This document shows positions 28,790 through 39,328 of a stretch of DNA of 64,000 nt, piece by piece (within the stretch, counting starts at the first letter, position 1; every line of letters starts with the position of its first letter). The stretch comes from Candidatus Kapaibacterium sp. GTDB taxonomy: Bacteria > Bacteroidota > Ignavibacteria > Kapaibacteriales > UBA2268. The notes below the pieces were generated by a model that saw only the letters and a program-made list of their open reading frames with translations, was not told where the DNA came from and made no database searches. The position numbers were made by a program, and so were the translations under genes. The stretch spans positions 4,128,001 to 4,192,000 of the forward strand of contig OY762428.1 in assembly GCA_963665665.1 (NCBI GenBank), given 5' to 3'.

Positions 28790-29955
28790 TATTTTCCTAT
28801 TTTACCGCCCATTAAATAAAAGTAAGTTGTTGCCCAATTGGCAAGCAATACCACGATAGCAAAAATTAAATTCCCAAGGCTCATCATGCCCAGCCCGGAC
28901 ATAATATTGCCAATAGAACATCCACCGGCAAACGCAGCACCGACGCCGATCATCAATCCACCCGTCAAAGCAATTAAGGTTTGCTGCGGGTCTTTGGGTA
29001 ATAATCTGGACTGTCCGGATAGCGCACCGGAGAACCAGGAACCTGCAATCAGGCTTAGAACCAACAGAACCAGCCACACATTAACTTTCTTTTTGGGTGG
29101 TTGCGGGTTCTGATGTTTTTCATTGGCAACCTGAATTTTTACAGATTTATCAGGTTTTGAAGTTATATACTTAATATTATCATTTTTTTCAAACATTAGC
29201 AGGGAATATTGATATACACCGTGTGTTACGCCCAATGGATAATTTCTTCCGCTTTCACTGGAAGAAAGGAATGCGAATATTCCCAGAATTCCGAGAGCTA
29301 TACCGGCCACCCATGGCTTCCATGAATGCTTAAGAGGCATGGAGAAATTAAGTTTTCTTTTTCTGAGTACAAGATAAATAATACTTCCTGCAACGAATAA
29401 AATCGCCAGAACCATGTATGGAATACCTGTTACAGAATAAAGAGTTAAAGATTCGCCATCCGCACCTTTAATAATGAAAGATTTCATCCACAAATGCATA
29501 TCGTTCAGCGGGCCAAGTTCTACTGCCGCAACACCGAATGGAACCCCCATCAGCGCCATAATGGAATTAATATTTCCTGTTCCGCTTTTAAACAGCACTC
29601 CGCTCACGCATCCGCCGGCAAAGACCATTCCCACACCAAATATCAGGCCGCCGACAATGGAACTAAGCCATAAGAATGGTTTCGGATTAACGCTGATCCA
29701 GCCTATATAATCAATTATTGATAACGAAAGCATTGTAGTGACAATGGCAATCCAAAATCCCCAAAGTTTGCTTCTGTCCCTGAACATTATTGCTTCACTC
29801 ATTGCCGAGGAAGCACAGAGGTCTCCTTTTTGCAGAAAATAACCAAAAAGAAAACCAATCGGGATTGCAAAATAATACCAGGCAGAAGACGATATTCCAA
29901 GGACAATGGATACGCAAACAATTATAATAATTAAACCCATAAACATCTTTTTCAT
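28789..29955 (-). CDS. YeeE/YedE-family sulfur-compound transporter
   Basis: GDLC, FAGGCVSG and FAGGCSIG conserved Cys motifs. Confidence 0.85.
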   Translation of the reverse strand: MKKMFMGLIIIIVCVSIVLGISSSAWYYFAIPIGFLFGYFLQKGDLCASSAMSEAIMFRDRSKLWGFWIAIVTTMLSLSIIDYIGWISVNPKPFLWLSSIVGGLIFGVGMVFAGGCVSGVLFKSGTGNINSIMALMGVPFGVAAVELGPLNDMHLWMKSFIIKGADGESLTLYSVTGIPYMVLAILFVAGSIIYLVLRKRKLNFSMPLKHSWKPWVAGIALGILGIFAFLSSSESGRNYPLGVTHGVYQYSLLMFEKNDNIKYITSKPDKSVKIQVANEKHQNPQPPKKKVNVWLVLLVLSLIAGSWFSGALSGQSRLLPKDPQQTLIALTGGLMIGVGAAFAGGCSIGNIMSGLGMMSLGNLIFAIVVLLANWATTYFYLMGGKIGK

Positions 29956-30024
29956 ATCAAAAACCCATTTTTAATACCAACAAACAAATACTAACTAATT
30001 CGATATTTTCAGCTAATCCCAAAA

Positions 30025-31107
30025 TCAGGGACAAACATCCGGAGCTTTAATATTTCCCTTTTCGGGATCATTGAAATATTTCTTCTGAAACCACAGGGCA
30101 ACGTTTACAAGGGCAATTAGAACCGGCACTTCCACAAGAGGCCCGATAACGGCAGCGAAAGCTTCCCCGGAATTAATACCGAAAACAGCTACTGCCACGG
30201 CTATTGCCAGCTCGAAATTATTTGAAGCTGCTGTAAACGATAGTGTTGCTGTCTTGGAATAATCCGCACCGATTTTTTTTCCCATAAAGAATGATACAAG
30301 AAACATTATTATAAAGTAAATCAGTAGTGGTATTGCTATCCTGACAACGTCAAGCGGTATTTTTACGATATACTCACCCTTTAGCGAGAACATTACAACT
30401 ATAGTGAACAGCAGCGCTATCAGGGTTATAGGGCTGATCTTAGGAATAAATTCCTTATGGTACCATTCCTTGTTCTTTATTTTTATCAGGCTGAACCGTG
30501 TTAAGATTCCGGCTATGAACGGAATACCAAGGTAAATAAACACGCTTTCGGCAATCTGCCCGATAGTAATATCAACTTCAAAACCCTCCAATCCAAGCCA
30601 ACCCGGAAGAATTGTTATAAATACATAAGCGTAAACCGAGAAGAAAAGCACCTGGAATATTGAGTTAAAAGCTACAAGGCCTGCGGCATATTCCGTATCT
30701 CCTTTGGCAAGCTCGTTCCATACTATCACCATTGCTATGCATCTTGCCAGCCCGATCATTATTAATCCTGCCATGTAATGAGGATAATCCTGCAGGAAAA
30801 TTACGGCCAACAGAAACATTAGAACAGGCCCGATTATCCAGTTCTGAATTAGGGATAAACCCAGGATTTTAACATTTCTGAAAACATCTCCGAGCTCTTC
30901 GTAGCGGACTTTTGCCAGGGGCGGGTACATCATCAGGATCAGGCCTATGGCAATCGGCCAGTTTGTTGTCCCCGTACTCATCGAATCCCAGAAATTGGCA
31001 ACTTCCGGAAAAAAGTGACCGCTGAGGACTCCTACTGCCATTGCTGCAAATATCCAGAAAGTCAGGTACCTGTCCAGAAAGCTGAGTTGTTTGGATAGTT
31101 TAGGCAT
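30025..31107 (-). CDS. acr3: ACR3 arsenite efflux transporter
   Basis: [43 protein letters not shown]. Confidence 0.95.
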   Translation of the reverse strand: MPKLSKQLSFLDRYLTFWIFAAMAVGVLSGHFFPEVANFWDSMSTGTTNWPIAIGLILMMYPPLAKVRYEELGDVFRNVKILGLSLIQNWIIGPVLMFLLAVIFLQDYPHYMAGLIMIGLARCIAMVIVWNELAKGDTEYAAGLVAFNSIFQVLFFSVYAYVFITILPGWLGLEGFEVDITIGQIAESVFIYLGIPFIAGILTRFSLIKIKNKEWYHKEFIPKISPITLIALLFTIVVMFSLKGEYIVKIPLDVVRIAIPLLIYFIIMFLVSFFMGKKIGADYSKTATLSFTAASNNFELAIAVAVAVFGINSGEAFAAVIGPLVEVPVLIALVNVALWFQKKYFNDPEKGNIKAPDVCP

Positions 31108-31531
31108 TAGTTTCCTCTAATAAAATATCAGAATAGAATTTATAAAAACCATCCTTTATCTCATCCCTGATCCTTCTGAATTCGGAAAGGACAAACTCTT
31201 CGTTTCCTTCTGCTTTTGCAGGGTCGTCGAAACCAATATGCAGCCTGTGTTTTACCTCGCCGATAAATGCCGGACAGCTTTCTTTTGCTCCGCCACACAC
31301 AGTTACTACGTAGTCAAATTTTTCACTAAGGAAATTATCAACCAGCTTCGGACTGTTTCGGCTTATATCAATTCCTGCTTCCATCATAACCTGAATAGCA
31401 TTCGGATGTACTTCCGAAGCCGGTTTGGTGCCGGCAGAATAAACATCAAAGCTGCTATCAAACGATTTTAAAAAACCTTCTGCCATTTGGCTTCGGCAGG
31501 AATTGCCAGTACAAAGGACGAGTATTTTCAT
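31100..31531 (-). CDS. arsC: Thioredoxin-dependent arsenate reductase (LMW-PTP fold)
   Basis: [14 protein letters not shown]; VTVC...ESCP; FDDPA. Confidence 0.93.
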   Translation of the reverse strand: MKILVLCTGNSCRSQMAEGFLKSFDSSFDVYSAGTKPASEVHPNAIQVMMEAGIDISRNSPKLVDNFLSEKFDYVVTVCGGAKESCPAFIGEVKHRLHIGFDDPAKAEGNEEFVLSEFRRIRDEIKDGFYKFYSDILLEETNA

Positions 31532-31559
31532 GATTTATCCGATTATATTTCTACAAATA

Positions 31560-31916
31560 TCAAACTGATTTAAGGCTGGCACATATCTGAATCCTGTCAG
31601 CTTCCGATATCAGGCCTTTGTCGCTGTTAACTATATCATTGTCGTTCAGCCAGCCCGGGAACATTGCAAGAACCTGGTGGAGAACGGGATTATCGGAGCT
31701 TCTGTTCAAAGAATAATCCACCCATTTGCCGTTCTTTTTATCCCTGATAAATCCGGCATCTTTTAATATGTTAAGATGGTTTGAAACTGTCGATGTCGAT
31801 ATATTCAGAACGCTGGTAATCTCGCAAACACATAGAGGTTTGGCTTCAAGCATTTTAATTATCCTTACCCTGTTCGGATCGCTTATTGCTTTAAATGTTT
31901 TAGTAAACTCATTCAT
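31560..31916 (-). CDS. arsR: ArsR/SmtB-family repressor
   Basis: FKAISDPNR...LCVCEI...STVSNHL. Confidence 0.9.
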   Translation of the reverse strand: MNEFTKTFKAISDPNRVRIIKMLEAKPLCVCEITSVLNISTSTVSNHLNILKDAGFIRDKKNGKWVDYSLNRSSDNPVLHQVLAMFPGWLNDNDIVNSDKGLISEADRIQICASLKSV

Positions 31917-31934
31917 AGTTTTTCCTTTTCTCAT

Positions 31935-31976
31935 TTCGATAATCATCAAATTAAAAACATTTCGATAAATATCAAA
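31935..31976 (-). promoter_or_regulatory. Two tandem palindromic boxes TTCGAT-N4-ATCAAA (putative ArsR operators)
   Basis: 31935-31950 and 31961-31976, directly upstream of arsR. Confidence 0.65.
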
Positions 31977-32179
31977 ATGTTTTTTTTTAAAATCATTAAT
32001 TCAAAAAGTGATATTTGATGATAATGGGATGGATTTTATTCAACAACTAAGATATGCATTGTGAATGTGTCGAAAATAAATCAATAATCCGTTATTTTAT
32101 TTGTTGAGATAACAAAAAATCCCGATTGAAAACAGAGTTTTTGAATCAATCGGGAGAAAAATATAAAATATGTTAAATC

Positions 32180-33118
32180 TTATTGGCCTGCCAATTTTTC
32201 CCTGATACCTTTGAAATAATCGGCTGTTATTTTCAATCCATCGGCAAAATCAACATCAGGAGACCAATTGAATTCATTCTTCAGCCTGGCATAAGAAATA
32301 ACCGACCTGCGTTGTTCACCGTCCTTTGCAGGCCCATGAATTTCTTTGCATCCCGAACCTAAAGATTCATTCAGAATGTTAAATATGAAGTTTACGTCAG
32401 TTTCAATTGCAGTACCAACATTATATGGGCCGGAAGCGTTTTTGTTAAGAGCCGCAACATTAGCTTTTACCACGTCGCCAACGAAAACATAGTCCCTGGT
32501 ATTTTTGCCATCCCCGTTTATCACGGGCTGTTCGCCGTCAAGCATTTTGTTGGCGAATATGGCTACAACTCCGGCTTCACCTCTATGGTTCTGCCGAGGC
32601 CCATAAACATTTCCGTACCTTAGAGCAACAAATTTTATTCCGTAAACATACTGATAGTAGTAAAGATATTTTTCATTTACAAGCTTGGCAATGCCATAAG
32701 GCGAGCACGGGTTTGTCGGATGATTTTCATCAGCAGGAAAATATTCCTGATCTCCGTAAATTGCTCCTCCGGATGATGCAACGATGATTTTCTTTACTCC
32801 GTGTTTCTTAGCAGCTTCATACAGGTTCAGGCTGCCAAGAACATTGGTTTCCGCATCCAGCCTTGGGTCGTCAACCGATATTCTTACATCAATCTGAGCT
32901 GCCTGGTGATTAATAATATCAAACTTTTCTTCCTTAAAAATTTGGTCTATTGAAATATCATTAATGTCTTTTTGAATAAATTTTGCTTTCGGGTTTAGAT
33001 TTTCAAGCCTGCCTGTTGACAGATTGTCAATAATCACAACATCATGGCCGGCTTTAATATAAGCGTCGGTAATATGAGAACCGATAAATCCTGCTCCGCC
33101 TGTAACTAAAATTTTCAT
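32180..33118 (-). CDS. NAD-dependent epimerase/dehydratase (UDP-glucose 4-epimerase-like)
   Basis: ILVTGGAGFIGSH; YGIAK; RYGNVYGPRQ. Confidence 0.9.
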   Translation of the reverse strand: MKILVTGGAGFIGSHITDAYIKAGHDVVIIDNLSTGRLENLNPKAKFIQKDINDISIDQIFKEEKFDIINHQAAQIDVRISVDDPRLDAETNVLGSLNLYEAAKKHGVKKIIVASSGGAIYGDQEYFPADENHPTNPCSPYGIAKLVNEKYLYYYQYVYGIKFVALRYGNVYGPRQNHRGEAGVVAIFANKMLDGEQPVINGDGKNTRDYVFVGDVVKANVAALNKNASGPYNVGTAIETDVNFIFNILNESLGSGCKEIHGPAKDGEQRRSVISYARLKNEFNWSPDVDFADGLKITADYFKGIREKLAGQ

Positions 33119-33290
33119 AAAACACCGATAATTAAAAATAATCATTAAAAAAGTTAACAAAATTATGAAACTTTAGGATACAAAACATATTGTAAAAGAG
33201 TTTTTTTCTTATTTGAAGATTTCTTTTTTTTATTGTAGAAAATTTTACTTATTTACATATTCGTATGTAGTATATATTTAAACAAATAAA

Positions 33291-36041
33291 ATGATAATAA
33301 AACGATTACTCTACCCTTTATTTATATTGATTTATATTACTGCATTCGGACAGGAAAAATCTGAATGGGAAACAATGATAAATTCTGCGAGAGAAAAGGC
33401 TTATAATTCTCAATTCGACACCGCCCTGGAAGAAGCTTTAGAGTCCGAGGCACTTGCTTTGAAGGAATTTGGTGAAAGCAGCCAATACATGGCTTCAAGC
33501 CTGCAGCTTACAGGGGAAATATACTATATGAAAGCAGATTTTAAAAATGCAATTAAATATTTCGATAAAGCTCTTGAAACCTATTCCCGGTCGATAGGAG
33601 AAAATAATGATCATTATTGTGCTGTGCTAAACAATCTTAGTGCCTGCCTTGAGAAAACCGGAAAATATCCCGAAGCGGAACGAAGGCTTGTCCGGGCAAT
33701 TGAAATAAAAAAGTCAATGCCTGCTACCGACAGTTTATCACTGGCAAAATCGCTTAATAACCTTGGCAGGATTTACCAGGAACTTGGCAAATACTCGGAG
33801 TCGGAAAATGCGTATCTTAATTCGGTTAAAATAAAAAATAAAGCAGGAAAAAACGATGATATTTCCTATGCCAGAACTTTACTCAATATAGGGTCTCTTT
33901 ACATAGAGCTGGGAAATTATAAAAATAGCGCGGAATACCTTGAAGGAGCATTTGATATATTCGAAAAGAATCAAAAAACATTTCCCGGGGAATATTTGAA
34001 TACAATTGTAAATCTTTCAATTGCATATAATGCTCTGGATAACAATGAAAAATCTCATATTTTTATTGAAAAGGCTAAGCAAATCGCAAAAAATCCGGAA
34101 AACATAAATTTCAAGGATCTTGCTGATGCATACTATAACCTGGCGATGATAGAATGGGAAGAGGGAAACGTTGCAAAAGCCGAGGAAAATTTTATGAAGG
34201 CATCCGGGATAATTGAGAATAGATTCGGTAACGGGCATCCCAAATATTCTTCCTGCCTGAATTCCCTGGGAATAATCCGCTGGCATAAGGGCGATTTGAA
34301 TGGTGCTTCGGAATTTCTGCAAAATGCTTTGTTCCTTCGTGGTAAAGTGCTTGGTAAAGATCATCCTGATTATGCTGTTAGCCTGAATAATCTGGCAGGG
34401 CTTATGAAAGATATGAATAAGCCTTCTGAAGCAGAAAAATATTATATCGAAGCGTTTGACAGCTATCTGAATCTTATTGATAGGACTTTTACATTTCTAA
34501 GCGAAAACGAAAGAACTGAGTTTTATGACGAATTGATGGACCGGTTTGAAATGTTTACTTATTTCGTCATTGAACGGCATAAAGAGAACCCTGCGCTTCT
34601 TTCAAAATTATTTGAATACAGGATGGCGACCAAAGCCATCATTATGAGCAGTGCCAGGGATTTGAGGAAGTTGATGTCTGAATCGGAAGACGAGAATACA
34701 ATTTCAAGTTTCGACAATTGGAAAGATATCAGGGAGAACCTGGTTAATATATACTCGATGAGTGCTTCGGAGATCAGTGCAAAAAATATTAATACTGACT
34801 CACTGGAAAAAGCTGCTGAAAAATTAGAGAAGAGCCTGGTAAGAGCCAATACAGAATTTAAAAAATATATCAGCGTTGATAGAAATTCCTGGCAGGATGT
34901 CAGGAATGTACTTGAAGATGATGAAGCGGCTGTTGAAATTATCAGATACCGCCTGTTCGACCGGAGATGGACAGATACAATATTTTATGCTGCTTTAGTA
35001 GTAACCAAGGAGACAAAAGAGCATCCGGAAATAGTTTTGCTTAAAGATGGTTATAAACTCGAAAATAAATTTATAAAAAATTATAAGAATTTTATTCGCC
35101 ACAGAATTGATGATTATGATTCGTACAGGCATTTTTACGAAAAAATTGATGCTAAAACCGGGAATAAAAATAAAATATATTTAAGTGCTGACGGGATTTA
35201 CCATTCGATAAATATAAATACCCTTATTGATAATAACGGGGAATATATTATTGGCAGACAATTCGTTGTGGTTGTAACTAATCTGAATGAGTTGCTATGC
35301 AAGTCAGGCAGCAGAAAACCCCGGAAAGCAGCCTTATACGGTTTCCCTGATTTTGAGTATAAAGCCGGTATTTCCAATGAAGAAAGGCCGCCGGTGAAAA
35401 TACCTGAGATTTCAGGTACCCGGGATGAAGTATTAATTCTGGATACCCTTTTCAGGAAGATGAACATCGATACAGATATTAAGATCAACAGGGATGCTTC
35501 CGAAATGAATTTCAAGCATGTTGGGGCTTATGATATTATTCATTTGGCATCGCATGGTTATTTCCTGCCGGAAAACGAAATGAAAAACCGAAAGAAAGCT
35601 TTTGGTATAAATGTTAAAAAAGCTGCTGTAAATCCATTATTACGTTCCGGAATATTGCTTTCTGGGGCAGCCTGGGCTTTTGGCGAAATGAACGGGGGAA
35701 GCGATAACGGAATACTAACATCATTCGAAGCAATAAATATTAATCTGGAAAGTGCTTCGCTTGTTGTTCTGAGTGCATGCGAAACCGGCCTTGGTAAAGT
35801 GAAAAACGGCGAGGGAGTTTATGGACTGCAAAGAGCCTTTATTGTTGCGGGTGCTGATAACCTGATTATGTCTTTATGGAAAATTGACGACAAAATCACA
35901 ACACATCTGATGGAAAAACTTTATCTGAATATTGTTTCCGGGCAAAATTACAGCGAGGCTCTTAGAAATGCTCAGTTAGCAATTAAATCAGAGTACAGGC
36001 ATCCTTATTTTTGGGGTGCTTTTGTTATTATTGGAAAATAA
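33291..36041 (+). CDS. TPR + CHAT (caspase-like peptidase) domain protein
   Basis: Kinesin-light-chain-type TPRs; HLASHG, LSACETG, SLWKIDD, PYFWGAF. Confidence 0.92.
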   Translation: MIIKRLLYPLFILIYITAFGQEKSEWETMINSAREKAYNSQFDTALEEALESEALALKEFGESSQYMASSLQLTGEIYYMKADFKNAIKYFDKALETYSRSIGENNDHYCAVLNNLSACLEKTGKYPEAERRLVRAIEIKKSMPATDSLSLAKSLNNLGRIYQELGKYSESENAYLNSVKIKNKAGKNDDISYARTLLNIGSLYIELGNYKNSAEYLEGAFDIFEKNQKTFPGEYLNTIVNLSIAYNALDNNEKSHIFIEKAKQIAKNPENINFKDLADAYYNLAMIEWEEGNVAKAEENFMKASGIIENRFGNGHPKYSSCLNSLGIIRWHKGDLNGASEFLQNALFLRGKVLGKDHPDYAVSLNNLAGLMKDMNKPSEAEKYYIEAFDSYLNLIDRTFTFLSENERTEFYDELMDRFEMFTYFVIERHKENPALLSKLFEYRMATKAIIMSSARDLRKLMSESEDENTISSFDNWKDIRENLVNIYSMSASEISAKNINTDSLEKAAEKLEKSLVRANTEFKKYISVDRNSWQDVRNVLEDDEAAVEIIRYRLFDRRWTDTIFYAALVVTKETKEHPEIVLLKDGYKLENKFIKNYKNFIRHRIDDYDSYRHFYEKIDAKTGNKNKIYLSADGIYHSININTLIDNNGEYIIGRQFVVVVTNLNELLCKSGSRKPRKAALYGFPDFEYKAGISNEERPPVKIPEISGTRDEVLILDTLFRKMNIDTDIKINRDASEMNFKHVGAYDIIHLASHGYFLPENEMKNRKKAFGINVKKAAVNPLLRSGILLSGAAWAFGEMNGGSDNGILTSFEAININLESASLVVLSACETGLGKVKNGEGVYGLQRAFIVAGADNLIMSLWKIDDKITTHLMEKLYLNIVSGQNYSEALRNAQLAIKSEYRHPYFWGAFVIIGK

Positions 36042-36066
36042 TGTTATTCTTACAAGTTAGTATATT

Positions 36067-37488
36067 ATGACTTTTATTAGAAAATTTAAAAAAAATTACT
36101 TTTCTATTCCTGATAATCTGAAATATGAATTCTTCAGGGAAATAACAGAACAGAATGTCAGGTTGTTCAGATATATTCTCGGTATTTTTATTGTCTGGCT
36201 GTCAGTACTAATCGTTATTGATATTCGTGGAGTGTTAAATATAGGTTCGATAGAATCTGAAAATTACTTATATCCTGACATAATAATGCTGATAATTGCA
36301 GTTTTTTCATTTTTTTTATTTCTCCCCCGGAAAAATACGAGAACCATCTCTTTGCGGACAAAAGACCTGCTTATGAATATAATAATATTCACACTAACTA
36401 TCTGGAGTGCTTACGTTAATTATATCGAGGAATTGACTTCTGAATTTGCATATACCCTTATCCTGACATATTTATTGATTATTATGCTGCATATCGGATC
36501 AATATACAAATACCTGTTGTTTACAATTCCTTCTGTTATTTTATACTTAATCTTACATTTCAGTAAGATCGATTTTACAACATTATCACTTGAAATGAAG
36601 TTACCGGTTGTTTCTGTTGTTGTTTTCGGCTTGCCTTTGTATTGGTTTATTTATTCAACAAGGATCAGGAACTTTCTATTCAGGAAGAAGATCTTTGAAG
36701 CATACAGAAAATTGAGAAAGGAAAATTCTAAAAGAATAAAAATTGAAGGCCAGCTTAGAAATTCCAAGATTGAATTACAGGAACAGCTTGAAAAAGAAAA
36801 AGAACTGAACAGTTTGAAAATTGATTTTATAAATATGATTTCTCACCAATACAGAACTCCGTTGACAATAATATTGAGTTCATCCTACCTGATAGATCTG
36901 AGAACAAAGGAATTAAATGATCCGAAAATTGACAGGCATGTGATGAAAATTCAGTCATCAGCCAACCAGATGATAAAGCTTCTTGAAAATGTTATTACTA
37001 TTGGAAAGAACGACTCCGGAAGATCAGAAGAGCATATTACCAACTTTGATCTGATTCAATATGTTAAGAAAATATTCCGGGTTGTTAACGAGGATTATAA
37101 AAATGATCACAAGTTGAAAATTATTACAAGCCATGACGAAGTATATTTAAGAACCAAGTCCTGGCATTTGAACAATATATTATCAAATTTAATTTCTAAT
37201 GCAATTAAATTTTCTCCTGATAATCATCAAACAGATGTTATAATTGATGACAGGGATAAATATATAAACCTGACAGTAAAAGACTATGGTATCGGAATAC
37301 CTGAAGGCCTTTGCCGTAATGGTATGTTTACAGGTTTTATTCGTGGAGAAAACGTCGGTACTATTCCGGGTTTTGGCCTTGGTATGAATATCGTTAAGCA
37401 ATCAGCTGAAAAAATTGATGCAATAATTGACGTAAAAAGCGAAATAAATCAGGGTACTGAAATAAAACTCTCAATTCCTCAACAATAA
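36067..37488 (+). CDS. Membrane sensor histidine kinase
   Basis: About 6 TM helices; ISHQYRTPL; NLISNAIKF; GFGLG. Confidence 0.9.
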   Translation: MTFIRKFKKNYFSIPDNLKYEFFREITEQNVRLFRYILGIFIVWLSVLIVIDIRGVLNIGSIESENYLYPDIIMLIIAVFSFFLFLPRKNTRTISLRTKDLLMNIIIFTLTIWSAYVNYIEELTSEFAYTLILTYLLIIMLHIGSIYKYLLFTIPSVILYLILHFSKIDFTTLSLEMKLPVVSVVVFGLPLYWFIYSTRIRNFLFRKKIFEAYRKLRKENSKRIKIEGQLRNSKIELQEQLEKEKELNSLKIDFINMISHQYRTPLTIILSSSYLIDLRTKELNDPKIDRHVMKIQSSANQMIKLLENVITIGKNDSGRSEEHITNFDLIQYVKKIFRVVNEDYKNDHKLKIITSHDEVYLRTKSWHLNNILSNLISNAIKFSPDNHQTDVIIDDRDKYINLTVKDYGIGIPEGLCRNGMFTGFIRGENVGTIPGFGLGMNIVKQSAEKIDAIIDVKSEINQGTEIKLSIPQQ

Positions 37489-37662
37489 ATAATATTCAAT
37501 TTCGTATCTATATAATTTTTTGTAAAATATTTTTAAATCCTTATCGTCTATTTGCTTAGGTGTGAATTTAAGTTTTTCGGTTCAAATCGGGATTTTGAAA
37601 TTTCAGAAAAATCTTTTATTATAGAAACTTTTGATACTTAAAAATATAAGAAACTAATTATT

Positions 37663-38445
37663 ATGCACTTCACTATTCAGATTTCACAAAGGTTAAATAA
37701 GCTAATCAGGTCTTTACATCAAAAGAAATTCCGCGATCAGAATTCGTTGTTTATTGCCGAGGGAGAAAGGCTTTGCCGGGAATTAATCGGGAGCAGGTAT
37801 GTTCCGGAATTAGCAGTTATAAGGGATTATCCATCACCGGAAATTATTGAGCTTGCTGAAAAATTTTCAGATGAAGGACTTCCGGTATATACTGCAAATA
37901 AAACTCATTTCGATCAGATGGCAGGAACAAAGTCGCCTCAGGGCATCCTAACCGTTATCAACATGGAAGACGATACAATTGATACGTCCAGACCATTTAT
38001 TGCTTTGGATGCAGTTGCCGATCCGGGAAATATTGGAACAATAATCCGTACAGCAGAGTGGTTTGGAATCGACCAGATAATTCTGGGCCGGGACTGCGCC
38101 GATAAATATAATTCCAAGACCGTCAGGGCTTCAATGGGTGCCATTTTTAAAAGTTCAATCGTACATGAACCGGATCTGAAAACATTTATCAGCGAAAACT
38201 ACAAGGATTTTGAGATATTCGGGGCTTCTCTTGATACCGACAAGATGCTTACAGGTTTAGGGCATGATCAGAAATTTGGTATTATTTTCGGTAACGAAGC
38301 AAATGGTATTTCTCCGGAGCTTGAAGAAGTAATAAACACTATGTTCAGAATAGAGGGCAACACTGAATCAGAATCTCTGAATGTTTCTGTTGCAGTTGGG
38401 ATTTCTTTGTATCATTTTGCATCGAATGGTAACGGTGCTAAATAA
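37663..38445 (+). CDS. TrmH/SpoU-family RNA methyltransferase
   Basis: DPGNIGTIIRTA, GNEANG, ESLNVSVA. Confidence 0.9.
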   Translation: MHFTIQISQRLNKLIRSLHQKKFRDQNSLFIAEGERLCRELIGSRYVPELAVIRDYPSPEIIELAEKFSDEGLPVYTANKTHFDQMAGTKSPQGILTVINMEDDTIDTSRPFIALDAVADPGNIGTIIRTAEWFGIDQIILGRDCADKYNSKTVRASMGAIFKSSIVHEPDLKTFISENYKDFEIFGASLDTDKMLTGLGHDQKFGIIFGNEANGISPELEEVINTMFRIEGNTESESLNVSVAVGISLYHFASNGNGAK

Positions 38446-38532
38446 AATGAACTAAAAAATTTAATTATTGATAGAAATTACTAATTGGTTATATTGTACT
38501 TTGGTTTGTTGTTATAGTTAGGTCAATGTTTT

Positions 38533-39219
38533 ATGGATCCTTATTTTAAACTAATTTTGGTTACTTTTTTAAGTTATTTGCTTGGATCTTTCCCTACTGC
38601 TATTGTTGTGAGTAAGAAGTTCTTTGGTTTTGACATAAGGGAAAAAGGAAGTGGAAACATGGGAAGTACAAATGCTTTTCGTGTTCTTGGTATGAAGTGG
38701 GGCATAATTGTCCAGGTAGCTGATCTTCTTAAAGGAATCCTTGCAGTTGTAGTTATTGCATCTTTGCTCGGAGAAGGAATTACTTTCCCCGGGATAACAA
38801 TGTTCGAGGATATGACAGTTGTACGCCTTCTTGCCGGAGTCAGTGCGGTTATGGGGCATATTTACTCGATATTTGTTGGTTTCAAGGGCGGAAAAGGGAT
38901 TAATACCGCGGCAGGAATGCTTATTGGTATTGCTCCTGTTGACGTTGGAATTGCTTTGTTCTTCTTTATATTGGCGGTGATTTTTTCCGGTTATATTTCT
39001 CTTGGCTCAATAACTGCTGCCGTTGCTTTTCCAAGTTCAATTTTCTTCCGCTATAATATTCTTCATGACAACATTGAAGGATATTTTACATTGATTTATT
39101 TCGCTCTCGGCCTGATGGCTATTCTTATATATCAGCACAGGCATAATGTTCTCAGGCTGCTGAAAGGAACGGAAAACAGGTTTAGCAAACTGCACCTTGT
39201 GCGGTTGAAGAAAAAATGA
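38533..39219 (+). CDS. plsY: Glycerol-3-phosphate acyltransferase PlsY
   Basis: GSGNMGSTNAFR, FKGGKG, HRHNVLRL. Confidence 0.93.
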   Translation: MDPYFKLILVTFLSYLLGSFPTAIVVSKKFFGFDIREKGSGNMGSTNAFRVLGMKWGIIVQVADLLKGILAVVVIASLLGEGITFPGITMFEDMTVVRLLAGVSAVMGHIYSIFVGFKGGKGINTAAGMLIGIAPVDVGIALFFFILAVIFSGYISLGSITAAVAFPSSIFFRYNILHDNIEGYFTLIYFALGLMAILIYQHRHNVLRLLKGTENRFSKLHLVRLKKK

Positions 39220-39231
39220 CGTTTTTTAGTT

Positions 39232-39309
39232 AAGTCCTTTTTTTAAGGGACTTTTTAGCAATAAAAAATTAAAAAAACCTTCCGTGATTGAAATCTGCGG
39301 AAGGTTTTT
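39232..39309. terminator. Two terminator hairpins between plsY and pyrG
   Basis: AAGTCCTT..AAGGGACTT and AAAACCTTCCG...CGGAAGGTTTT. Confidence 0.7.
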
Positions 39310-39328
39310 ATTTAATTATCGGCTTTTT

